A stretch of 64,000 nucleotides of DNA from Moniliella sp. 'wahieum' (lineage: Eukaryota): the NCBI GenBank assembly GCA_003971905.1, contig RSEE01000009.1, positions 868,001 to 932,000 of the forward strand, in the 5' to 3' direction. Below, piece after piece: positions 13,674 to 25,515 of this stretch. Position 1 is the first letter of the stretch; each line of letters begins with the position of its first letter. The notes below the pieces were generated by a model that had not been told where the DNA came from, ran no database searches, and was given only the letters and a program-made list of their open reading frames with translations. A program made the translations under genes and the position numbers.

Positions 13674-14559
13674 GGCGGGCAGCGAACACAAGGATGGAGG
13701 TGTTGAAAGTAGACCGAGCCGCAGTCGAGGGCCGGTGTGTGGCCCGTCAGCATTTTTTCAATGTTAACCTTCCCCGACGATTCTCGATTTGAGCTTCAAG
13801 CTTTCAAGCTCTCGGTCATTTCCAGCAGCGATCAATCGCCGCAGAAGGGGCGTCAGCGCATCAGTAACTCTGTGAAGCGGCCCAGAGCAGTCCGAGGCTT
13901 GTGGGGCCGTGGGGGCTGAGCACACCCAGGACAAGCACCCCATGGCGGCAGTGTCCCGCAGCCGCGCGCGATTCACTGCCGCAACAGCGCTTGGAGTTAC
14001 GGCCTTACCGGTTACCGGTTACCCGTTACCGTTACCGGCGTTACCTTGCGTTACTGGGTTAGCGGTTACCATTATTGCCAACGCGCAAATGTCGCGCCTC
14101 CAGTTGACTGAGTACTAGCTAGCTACTGGTTGACTCGCTCTGCCTATCGGTGCAAGCCCCTGCACGTCTCGGCAGAGCCCCATGGTATCATCACCGGTCA
14201 CTGGTCACCGGCCCAGCGCAAGTTCATAGGGAAAACTGTCTGAATATTTCAGGACGAATGGCGGTGGGAAAACGTACGCCGCGCCACTCACCGGTGAGAA
14301 CGCAGCGCTTATACGCCTCCGCTGAGCCTCGCCCTATCAAGAGGCAAATTTCTGTTAGGGGAGCTTACCGCCCAAGGCCGGCCTACTATAGTGCAACTAA
14401 AGAGCCATTATTCGAGGAGTAGAGCTACAGGCAGTAGCAGCTGACAACAAGACGGAGGGTTCGAGGATGGGAGTAGGTCACAGTCGTACGTATCATTGTA
14501 GGACACAAAATGAATAGACAACGAAAGTGGCCACAAAAGGGGTGGGAGGCAATAGAGTA

Positions 14560-14900
14560 AAGCCAACAAGAACGTCGAACATCTCCCAAACTCTGTCCAT
14601 CAGCCGCAAAACTCCAAGCAGGCATACCCTAGAGCCCTATTTGAACACAAAATGGTATTGGTGCTACTATCCGAGAGCTTCGGTCCGACAACACTTCTGC
14701 CACCCACGTAATATCTGCCCGAGAAGCATATGGTCGAGAGGGAAGGGCAACGCAGACTACTCTTATACTATATCGACTCGGATCATCGAGATCATCTTAG
14801 TTTCCACTTCATATTTTGGTGATTGCCATTACAATGAAAAAGCGGGCGGCATGATGCAACTGTGCATGCCTTTGACAGGTTCATTGCACCATACTTTGAG
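14560..14900 (+). mobile_element. Possible highly degenerate Ty1/copia RT-RNase H relic
   Basis: Faint motifs in the expected order: TRTSNISQTLSISR (cf. TRPDI..AV..LSR), YYIDSDH (cf. GYSDSDW), STSYF, AIT-*KS (cf. AISWKS). Confidence 0.25.
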
Positions 14901-15404
14901 GACATTTTTTGTCAAGCCAGCCACGGAAACAGCAGGGACAGAAAGAGGCAGCATGGAGGAAGAGACAACATCGAATTTCTCTTCGTGGGGTTGAAGCGCC
15001 CAGAGATGAAGAACATGAAGCGAAACCCGCGGGTACGCTCTCTTCTTCTGTATACTACAATAGTATCTGCAGAGAACAGGAGCCGCAAAAGGGAGGTGGG
15101 GGGATGGTATAGTGTTTGATCTCGGGCATATATATGCGAATATGGGCGGTTATTGACGGAGAAGAGAGGAGAAAATATAGCGGTTCATATAGTGTGATGT
15201 GTGCAGGGCACAAGCACCGCAGTAGGTGCATCGCAGGTGCGCATATAAAGAGAGATTGTTCGTGTGGAAAGCCGAAAAATGTGGATGAGGGAGATAGGGG
15301 GAAAAACAAACGTCGACAGCCAAGACGTCCCCAGTTTCCTAGGCCACTCTTGCTCACCCTCGCTGCTCCATGATAGTACTGAAGGAGAAACAGGTGGCAG
15401 TGTA

Positions 15405-17144
15405 TCATGGCTTGGGGTTGAAGGTAGGGTGAGTACGGGTGACCATTTGGAGCTGCTGTTCGGACAGGCCCTCGCGGGTATGCAGCTTGCGAATGTGCCG
15501 ATGCGCATCGTTTTTCCGGCTGAAGGCCTCGTTGCACAACGGACACTTGAATGGTCGTGGGCGGTTGGGATTGTGCACGTCCAAGTGTTGACGTAGATTA
15601 GATTTGCGCTCAAACCCGCGCCCGCATGTGGGACACACCCACGGCCTGCCGTATGGATTGGCACGTTCCCCCACCGAAAATGAACCCGTTGACCGAGCGC
15701 GGCAGATAGGTGGGGAGGGCACAAGAGAGGGGTCGGGTTGGCCAAGCGTTTCCATGCTACTCCGCCTCCGGATCAGATGCTCAACCACCTCGTACGAATT
15801 GGGAGGGTAGTGGAAGTACACGCCACCTCCCATCGATCCATCTTGCAAGCCATTGTCCAACTCGCGTCCTGCATTCAGGGCGGACGTAAAGCCAGACACC
15901 CCGTCTTCCCACTTGTTCACCCGGCCCAGGCCAAGAGAGGAAGAACAGGTGGGCACCGACAAGTTTCCTTGTTCTTCCAAGGGCGAGTGGCCTCTTCCAG
16001 TGTGTTGCTGCTCATGAGTGGGAGAGATAAGACCGGTATATGCGACGCGCATGGAGCGGGGTGTGCGGTGGGAAGCAGAGATGTAGAAGGATGGTGATCC
16101 AACAACAGCGCAGGCGCCCTGGGGTTGCCATCGAGTCCGCAACATAGACCGGTGCGGGCATGCCAGTTGGATCAGACCCGATCTGACCCGAAGAGGGTCC
16201 CGCGTCGGAGGAGAGGGCACCCAGAGTAGTGGGCGAAAGCAAGTCCCCCAAGTCGTAGGTGCTAAGCGGGGACGTGGAAGTGGGTGCCAAAGCGGGCCGA
16301 AAGATATCTGATTCGCCCCAGTATCTTCATTGTGCCCGAGGGAGATTGGGCGCAATGGAGTGCTCGGACGATCCATGCGGAAATCCACTTGATCCATAGT
16401 GCCAGTAACGCTTGGCTCTCCATAGGCCGAAATATGATGCTCCAACTGGCCCACTACCGGGGGTAGATGCAGCTGCACAGAGGAGGTATCTAAAGAGCTT
16501 GGGCTTCGGTCGGGTATGGTTGATGAAGGAGGCGGGGGGAGGGGTGGGAGGCTGGATACAAGCGACGTGTTGGGCCGGTCCATTCGATGAGGGGAGGAGA
16601 AAAGGTGGTTCATGCGCAAGGAAACAGACGATGAAGCTTGAAGATCAGATGCGGGAGCGGGAGATTCGTCGTGGTGGGGCACAGCGGTAACGTGCTGGAA
16701 GTTGTAAGGCGGCCAGCCGGTCGTCATACGAACAGTTGGTGGCGTCTGCAGCGGGTTGCGGTACTGGTCATCGGCATGGCGGGCCAGGCGCGGACCGACA
16801 TGGAGAGTCGTCGAGGGAGTAACACGTGCGCCAAAGATGGCAGAAGGAGTAGAAATGGGGAAAAAATTTGGTTCTTGGCTGGGGGCGGCACAGACTGCTC
16901 CCGAGGCGAATAGCGTGCTTTGTTGAGACGGACTCGGAAGGTCCTCCGACTGAGCAATAGACAGGAAGGATGAAGAGGAGGAGGAAGTCGTAGTGAGAGC
17001 TCCCAAGCTGGCCAACTCGACCCCACCGTCAATCGGCCCCGGTTGAGAAGTGATGGGCGTAGGAGGAGTGGCAATGGCGCTGGCCAACAGCAAGTCGACT
17101 AGGAGGTTGTCTTCCTCTACCCCGGGGAACATTTGCTCCGGCAT
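15405..17144 (-). CDS. C2H2 zinc-finger transcription factor (two C-terminal fingers, long Ser/Pro-rich N-terminus)
   Basis: ORF 15405-17771 ends RPWVCPTCGRGFERKSNLRQHLDVHNPNRPRPFKCPLCNEAFSRKNDAHRHIRKLH. Probable start MPEQMFPG at 17144. Confidence 0.85.
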   Translation of the reverse strand: MPEQMFPGVEEDNLLVDLLLASAIATPPTPITSQPGPIDGGVELASLGALTTTSSSSSSFLSIAQSEDLPSPSQQSTLFASGAVCAAPSQEPNFFPISTPSAIFGARVTPSTTLHVGPRLARHADDQYRNPLQTPPTVRMTTGWPPYNFQHVTAVPHHDESPAPASDLQASSSVSLRMNHLFSSPHRMDRPNTSLVSSLPPLPPPPSSTIPDRSPSSLDTSSVQLHLPPVVGQLEHHISAYGEPSVTGTMDQVDFRMDRPSTPLRPISLGHNEDTGANQISFGPLWHPLPRPRLAPTTWGTCFRPLLWVPSPPTRDPLRVRSGLIQLACPHRSMLRTRWQPQGACAVVGSPSFYISASHRTPRSMRVAYTGLISPTHEQQHTGRGHSPLEEQGNLSVPTCSSSLGLGRVNKWEDGVSGFTSALNAGRELDNGLQDGSMGGGVYFHYPPNSYEVVEHLIRRRSSMETLGQPDPSLVPSPPICRARSTGSFSVGERANPYGRPWVCPTCGRGFERKSNLRQHLDVHNPNRPRPFKCPLCNEAFSRKNDAHRHIRKLHTREGLSEQQLQMVTRTHPTFNPKP

Positions 17145-18400
17145 GAATTGTAGGGGCGGCGAAATGGAGATGCGAGGCCTGGAAGGAGGCGAATGATGAT
17201 GAAAAGGGCGGGGAAGCGCCAGCAACTGGAGCAGCAGCAACAGTCGTAGTAGTAGAAGAAGACGTGTTGTACATGGTGGTGTTGGCGGGAGAAGGGGCCA
17301 GGCGAGGCCCAGGAATAGGGGCCGATGGGCAAGGGGTAAGAGGGGTGTAGGCCGTTGGCGGATGTTCGGCCGTTGGCTGCGGCTGATTGTGTGGTCACGT
17401 CCGAGAAGTGTGTGTCGGGGTGAGAGAGAGAAGGGGGGCTGGATATTATTTGAGGTGGCAGCCCCCCTCCACCAGGGCAGCCCGACGTAGCAATAGCTGG
17501 GCTGGCAAGCGGCCCTGGCTGGATGACTGGCTGGAAGCTGAGAAGCGTGTCGCGGAGGCACACCAGCTCTCGTATCAGCCACATCTTCTGATCCCTGTGA
17601 TCCATCGCATCCATGTGCTGTCTCTCCAGTCCTGATGCCGGATACCTTCGACCTCATCGTACACAGCCCTACGCAGTGTCTGCCCTCTGGCGCCCCGGTA
17701 ACAGGAACGGGAACGGGGGCGCAATGTAGAAAGCCCAGATGCAGTATGGGAGAACGAGGGAGCGCATACATACAGACATGTTCTTGGACACTTGGATCTT
17801 AGAGCTTTCTGGGAGGGTCCCTTGGGCGTTTTGCAGTGGTCAGACAGAGCTGCTCAGGGCCCACTGTCGGAAGTGCTTGTCCTCTGGTGCCGCGGGGCGT
17901 CAGTGTCGCCAGTCCGTAGCATGCTGCATGCGTCACCGTCCAACTGGCTCCACCTGATGCCTGAAGCCTAGTGTCTATTCTGCGTTGTATTCTGTGCTGT
18001 GCCTGGCTGTCTACGACAAGTGACTCGATGCCCACGAATCACTGGTTCACCGTTTCACCGGCCACCAGGGTAATAGGCATTACATACTCGGCGTAAAGGA
18101 AGCGCCGGCGCCGTCACATGTCACACACTATGTCATCGGCCATCCGGCACAAGATCTGACATGTGAGACAACACCCCAGAGACTGTGGGGCCTACCCCGG
18201 CCCACCGCCTGGTCGCCCTCAGCCGGGTTCAGCGCACGTTCAGCTCTCTCTGAACATCCGAGGCGGTAGAGAGGCTGACCATTGCCCACACTGGCACGTT
18301 GAGAATACACTCGCAGTACATACTTCTTGCACGCCTGGATTTCGCAAGAAAGACCCGCGTGTCCAGCGCGAGCGTAACTAGAAGACCCCTTTCTAGGTCC

Positions 18401-18470
18401 CTTGAAGCTTCAAGCTTCAAGCTTCATCGTTGGATGCGTGGAACGTGAAGCTTGAAGCTTGAGTACTGAA
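18401..18470. repeat. CTT(G/C)AAG heptamer array (inverted plus direct duplications)
   Basis: CTTGAAG CTTCAAG CTTCAAG CTTCA at 18401-18426; GTGAAG CTTGAAG CTTGAG at 18445-18463. Confidence 0.85.
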
Positions 18471-20819
18471 AAACTGAGTGCGAATCCCAGCGCGATCTGA
18501 GACTTCTGATGTGGGATTGAGCTTGGGCTCGGGGGTTATCGAGTTATCGATTATCGACCGGTTAGCCGAGCACCTGTGATCGATGATCAGCGTCTCGGAG
18601 TGTGAATATGCATGCACAGAAGCCGAGCGGCTGCCCCTACTCATAGGCCTGCTGTCATGATCATCATGTCCATATGCGATAGTCCTCGGAGGGTGAGAGG
18701 AAGGCGCCTGAATGGGTTGACGCGTGACGGTAACATCTGTGACATTCATATGTGGGTTGTTGTTTTGGGAGTGCCCGCCAGCGTTGTTTGTGTACCGAAC
18801 AAACCGCATCTCTGGATACAAAGACATCGTACATACTCCCCCGTACTCGATCATGGTTACGCAATGCGCAATACCAGAGATGCGTTATCATATTCTGCAC
18901 AATCAAACGCCTCCATTCCCTCTATGCAAAGCAGCTCTTTTTGGTCCACACACCCTCTCTCTAGCAGCGGCCCTATCCCCTATGGCGTGGACGTCGAGCC
19001 GAAGCTGTGGACGGCAAGCAAGTAGCCTTTACTATGCCAAGCGTATTGGAAACGAGATGTCTCAAGCGGGCAGAAGCAATATTCGAGTCTCTACGTCATA
19101 ACAAAAAAGACGCCACCTATTAGGTTTGGCCGCCAAAAGGCTCTTCAAATTTCAAATGCGATACACCATGGGAGTCACAAGGGCTGTGTTTTTGAAATGT
19201 AGAACATCTTCGCTGGCTGCATAGCCTTTTGCCATTGGACAATTACCACGACGACAAACTCCGGCCTACTCCGGCTCCCCCCCACACACTCGACGTCATG
19301 ACGTCGTTAGTACTCCGCATCCCCGAACGATTCGCGGTGTTTTGGTGTCGTTGCTCGGGTCTCGGCGAATGACTCGATGACGCAGATTGCGCTTGGCGAG
19401 CCCGCCCCGCAGCGCCACACGCACACCCACAACACCCACCCACACACCTTTTCTTTTTTCGGCCCCCCGTATTCAGAGCAAAAGAGTATAGGCAGCAACC
19501 CTGTTTGGATGCACAATAACTCGCTACAGTTGATGCTGCAGCAGCCTCGGCCAAGAACAGTCGATCGCCATGGTTTTAGGTATCGAGTCATTGCAACCCA
19601 TACGTTCAGAGGCATGTTGCTGTGATTGAGACAATGTCCCCCCGCCTCGCTAGTTTGTGGAGATTGAAGCAAATTGACTTGAGCAAGTGCATTACAGCCT
19701 ACCCTCACAGGCCCATGGGAAGAAAGAGGACTGAAATGTCGGAATACTGATAACATAACCAAAACCTGTTCACGAGGCCCAAACCTCGATCGGTTCTTGT
19801 GGAGACTCAAAAAGCTGATGATGTATATATAGCCTTCCAAACCCACCCCGCGGATACTAGAGTTGTAATAGGTACTCCTCTCCTCCACACTTTTTGCAGT
19901 TTCTACTTCTCTTTTTCCCGCCACCAATTGTCCTTCCGTTCCACATTCTCACTTGATATGGCTTCCTCACATTGGCCCTGGAGGGATGCTTACGTCTGTA
20001 CTCTAGCCCTTTTTCGGTCTTTCTTTCCTCTTCGAACCCCAGCCATTGTTTGAGACGAGTGCGAGAGTGCATTAGCACTGCACTAGAGAGAGTTCTTTTT
20101 CATGTCAGAGGATTGTTGCTCGTGCGTTTGGCCAAGGTCTCTTCAGTCCCTCATCAGGTCTGGGAGCTCCTGTTTTCTCGCTTATCTTCACTGTTCGATA
20201 GTGACAATGTCCCGATGTGGCGAATGGCACGGAGGGGTGGGGGGCACACAAGTTAATAGTTAGGACCACAGCCTTAGCCTCGCGTGGTTTTGTTTTGTTG
20301 ATGACGTCGACATGGCCAATACATTTCCCCTTTCACAGCATATGCTTTTACTCGTCACGCTTATCCCGTTACCATTGCAGGATCTCGCTGCATCATAGTT
20401 TTGGACTTTGGTAGAAGAAACCAGCCGGACTAGATATCTGTGTGTGCTGTGGTGACGCCATTGACCTCTATCTGCTCTCTTCAGTGGGGGTGAGAGGCCG
20501 GCCGCGATGAGGATTTTTGTTCGCTATTTACAATAGTAAACGACGTTGAACGTTCAGTTGAACACCTGTACTCTGCCCGTTTCTACACTCCCGGCGGCGT
20601 ATCCAGCGCGCCCCCCTGAGTCTAAGCAGGTCTAAGTTCTGAAAAGCTTCAACTCGCAGGTTCGGCAAAACGCAACACTTGTCGACATGTGACGTAGCCA
20701 CTATAGTAGTGACCTGTAGCGAGTGACACTGAGTACTGAGTATACAGCCAATGGTTGTGCTGTGCACTCACACTACTGCTACTAAGTACCAAGTACTTCC
20801 TGAGTGCTGTGGCCAAGAG

Positions 20820-21320
20820 TGCTCCGCAGGCTCAGCCTGAGCCGCTGACTTGGACAGCTGACATGTGATGCATGTGATGCATGTGACATGTGACATGCGG
20901 CTTGATGCATGATGCATGATCGGTGATCCATGACACTGACGGATTGGCAAGGTGTCAGCTGCATGTCAGCAGTCAGTAACCGTGACTAGTGACTTGTGGT
21001 ACATAGTGGCATGTCACATGCGACGTGCAGCATATGCGTATGACATGAATGACAGGATGGATGATCGATGATGCCTGATGCATGACGATCGATGACATCG
21101 AAGACATGTGACATCAATGACGTGATGACATGTGCCATGCGACATGCGACATCTGCAAGCTGTCGGCGCTCAGGCGCTCAGGGCGCTCAGTTTCGGCGCC
21201 GCGCTCAGCACGCTCAGCACTCCGTTGCCCCTCCGACCGGAGACAGAGCACGTCGGAATCGAGAAAAAGCAGCAAGTATGTATATGACAGGTGTCGAATG
21301 TCGTCTACGTCATGCATCAT
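20820..21320. repeat. Dense low-complexity patch of palindromic micro-duplications (TGTGACA, CATGATG, GATGATC, GCTCAG units)
   Basis: TGTGACA x2 at 20882-20895, CATGATG CATGAT at 20908-20920, GCGCTCAG units at 21166-21190. Confidence 0.75.
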
Positions 21321-22029
21321 GCACATCCATCGTGCCATGTATGTACACAAAGTGGGTGTTCAAACGTTCCACTACGTTCACGTACGTTACACGTAACTGC
21401 AGCCCAGAATTGATGCAGCAGGATGCTGGATGTGGAGCATGATGTTTTTTCTCTCACACCAACAAATAATAAGAGGCAGCCCCAAACTATTGCGCAACAA
21501 AAAAGCCATCGCACCTCGCTAATGCTGATGCACTGATGGTCTTCACCACACCCGGCGGCGGAGAGACGTACACACACAGGGCTTAACAATACTTGGTACG
21601 TAGTGCGCTTGTTACTCTCCGCGTGGGCTTGCGCGACCCCCATCCGAGCCCCTGCGCCTCAGATCGCTCAGTCACTCAGGGGCCTCTTTCTTCCAAGGTC
21701 TCCTTGGTTTCATATGGCCTGTGGCCTCCATCCTGAGGTCACCGGTCAGGCCTGAGGGCCTGAGGGCCTGACGCGTTACGCGCCATGCCTAATGTATCAC
21801 GTATCACGCGCCACATATCACGCCCCTTCCTTGCGGCGTGTGTGGTAGCATCAGCGCAAAAAAGCTCTTCAAAAGCTTCATCGACCATCACTCTCTCCTT
21901 CATTAATGTTGATTCGCTCTGGACCTGACTGATATATTTTGACAGTGCCAGGTGGCATGATTTGTCAGAAACTGCAGCTGAGGTCAGGAAAAACGCCCCA
22001 ATTTTATGTAGTGGTATATATAGGCGAAC

Positions 22030-22200
22030 CCTTAAATGTTGTACAGCATCATGTGATTATGGGAATCCAGTAGGATAATCCGACCACTGTCTATTCTGAT
22101 ATACTATAGTTATTGGCTCTAGAATTAGGCGTATATTGTATGGATCTTGCCCGCGTAGGCCCTCATTTTAACTTTGGAGACCTGCTGCATTCTCTTCTGC
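22030..22200 (+). mobile_element. Possible degenerate Ty1/copia RNase H C-terminal relic
   Basis: 22059 onward reads MGIQ*DNPTTVYSD (cf. copia LGI.Q..PT.IY.DN) within a locally AT-richer patch. Confidence 0.3.
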
Positions 22201-22716
22201 TCTGCGTCCAGATCAATCTTTTGTTGCATAATGTATATACTTGACTGTGGTGCACTTTATTAACAACGCACAACAAGCAGTCGGAAAAGGTCCCACATAC
22301 TGCTGCATACACCCCGCGAGGGGCTATACCGAAAACTCAAGGGCATTATATCCTGAGGGCTTGGGCTCCGGATCATCGATCCCGATCAAGTCTGAGATTC
22401 TCAGCCGAGCCCGGTCTGCCGGGCCAGGCCCCAGGCCTTAGTAATTAGTACTGAGACTCAGTACAATACTCAGTCTTAAAGTTTAAGGCCTTAGGCCTTA
22501 TAGAGCCTCTCAGCCCCTCAGGCTGGGCGTCAGGCTGAGGACTCCGCCTCCATGCGACACAGCTGAGATGTGAAATGAGTTTCAGAATAGATCTATTCCA
22601 TAAATGAGTCGATACCGAGGTGGCTTTCTTGGCTTTTGAGATTTGAGAATACTACAGGTACGTACTTGAAGCTTGAAGCTTAATAAAGCTCGGATGTACG
22701 CTCCTAATATAAGCGC

Positions 22717-22771
22717 TGACTAGTGACTAGTGACTATAGTGACTATAGTGACTATAGTGACTATAGTGACT
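22717..22771. repeat. Tandem array of 7-bp (AGTGACT) then 9-bp (TAGTGACTA x4 plus partial) odd-palindromic units
   Basis: tgac tagtgac tagtgacta tagtgacta tagtgacta tagtgacta tagtgact read directly. Confidence 0.95.
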
Positions 22772-25515
22772 GGCTTGACTGCGCTGAGCGCTCAGGCTGA
22801 GCGCTGACTTAGTGAAGCTAGTGACTTCGTATTTTGTTGACATGGATGTTGACTAGCGTGGATAGTGGCTAGTGTGTACTGACTAGGACATGACGCATGA
22901 ACGTCATGAACGTTGAACTCAACCGCTGGGAGTACAAACAGGCCATACTGAAAATACACATGCGAAGACTTAACGGGGGGGGGGACCGTGTCACCGAGTG
23001 ACTAAGCTCGCTCCGATTTCCAATTCTGCATCCTGTGTCTCTCGCTCTTCTCTCCCTTTTGCTTCTGTTCTGCCTGATGCCTTCTGTTTCCTCCCACGAA
23101 CGATCTTGCCTTCCCCCCCCCCTCTGACAGGACCTTGGTCTCCCTCGTTAGTCCCGACTGTTACAGACCCTACACGTGTGGCACACACGTCTTCATTCCT
23201 CACACCTTCATCCCACAATGAGTCGCCATATGTTTTCCTTGTTTGAACGTTATTTTGCTTGTGAAAATCCTTCTCTCCGTTTCCTCAATTTAACATCAAC
23301 CCAATATTCCATGGGAACTAACGGATGCATCGCCAGCAGCTCAGGTATCTCCCTGACTCTCATATGGAATCGAAAAGCTTCCAAAAAGCTGCCGATCACT
23401 GGAGAGGAGCGCGAAGCTACAGCCTGTGACATGTGAATGTGAAGCTTGAAGCATAGGGGTGGTACCGGGTACTCACATGTACCCTGCATCCCTGAACTTT
23501 CTGCGAGACATCTTGTTCTTGCTCGATCTGAAGAAAACTAGTACACATCTCCTGAGAGGGGGAGCACTAACATGCTTCAGAACCACGCACCATGCACCGT
23601 GCCTACTCATGCTGTCCTGATGGATTGTGGGCGCGGGAACGAAAGCTTTCACAGTGAACGAACGCCCAGCGCTCACGCGCTCACGACAGATGTTCCAAGA
23701 AGTACGTTCAGAGAGGCGCCGAGAAAAGGAATGGTTTCCTACTGACGCGTGACGCGCCTCCTATCTGAGATCTGAGACGTCAAAGAGAAAAGAGTATGTT
23801 ATATTAATAGGGGAGTAAACGTTAAGCACTCCAGCTAAAGACTAAGCGCAGGCACTCCGTTACAATGCAAGAGCACAGTTGTTCAATGTGGCGCAACCTT
23901 TGCCGCTTTGGCAGTTTAAATATTAAGCAGTTCTTGGCGCGTGAGACAAACGTGAGACAAGCGAGACCCTGTGGGTCCCTTCCATCCGTGCCCAAGGAAC
24001 CCGATCGGAATAGGATCGGTTGCACGCCACTCCACCCCTCCCTTCCATTTACTCGGCCGTGTGGGGGACCCGACACGATGCATTATCCCGTGCATGATTT
24101 ACCGAGACGCGTGACGCGTGAAATTTGGTGGCGGGGAAGGGAAAAGAAGAAAGCCAAGTTCACAGTCGGGGCTAAAGCGAGGGTGACCAGAGTGGATACT
24201 ATGGGCCAAGGGGTGCAGCAATCCTTCGGGGAAGAAGCAAGCGCAAAGCGGAAGAAACAGAGGGAAAGAATGAGAAGCTCGCCGAACGAAAAGACTGCAA
24301 ATGGGAGTAAGATCAGCCGAACATGACACTGATGAGGCCTGGGGTCTATTGCCTACAATCGAGATGTGAACCTCACGCATCACGTCTCAACGATCTATCA
24401 CCCTCCTCAACGAATGTGAGACTAACCTTTTAAAATACTTTTCGCGCTTGACAACAAACCGAACGGAGGAGATCCATCTCTGTTCCCAGTGTGGTGAACG
24501 AGTCAACACGTAGAGTAACAAATGTAGGAACGAGAGAGTATAGCTTTTTTGGGAGAGAGAGAGGGTGTCTCCCCTCGCACCGTCCCTTTTGGTCTCGTCT
24601 CAAGCTCGCCTCGAGATGCGGATGTTCGTTCTCTCACGTGTTTCGATCTCGGGCGCGATGCTCTTCTGAATCCTATGACATGTGACCGTGACCCTACTGT
24701 GACAAGGCTGGGACCCTGAGGCTCCTGAGGTGTGAGGGACCTGAGGCCCTGAGACCTGATCATCGATCAGAGGGCCTTAGCAGCCTTATTTAGAGCATGC
24801 TTCACTGAACCTAGTTAGAATGTACCGTCCAGAATTGAGTGCGGCGGGCTGCGGTATACCCGATACAGCCGGTACTATATATCGTCCATCCCAATACTTG
24901 TATCATATCATGATCGATGATTCGATGACAGGAACAAACGATCCGTGACCGGCGTGACCGCGTATTCAGACCCCGAGACCGATTGAGCCGGGACCAGCGC
25001 AATGTATGTACCACTCGTATAGGTATCCCCTTCTGTATGCATCTCCGGCGAAAGTATCGCATCCGCCACAATACATTTGTTACATGTTATCCATGTTATT
25101 CACCGTGCACCGCTGGCCGCTTTGTACACACATGGTACAGCCATGCTTGATACATGATGCAAGACACGGCGCGAGGTCGGTGTGAGCCGCAGGCTGTCTA
25201 TCGATTCTTGAAGGAGATCCACATCATGCTCATGCATCATGCATCTCTCGTAGGCGTCTCCCAACGACTCTCCTCCCGCGTAGCTTGGCAAAGGTTGGCT
25301 GAGTGCCACAAAGTCATCCATCTCTTTGCAATCGGAATTACGGTTGAGACCGAGCGATAGTGCCCAATTCGCACCATTCCATACGAAGGGCGTCTGATAC
25401 CTGATCCGCGCCGACATAGTGGGGCATATAGTATGCACGGTGCATTACAAACTGCGTAGTGACAGAGGTTCCAGAAGCATCTCCTACCGGTATTGTGAGG
25501 AATTGGTAGCCATAC

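Noticed and set aside
22717..22771. CRISPR-like array in this or the other short repeat clusters
   Set aside because: Units are 7-9 bp and abut with no unique spacers. The context is eukaryotic and no cas genes are seen.
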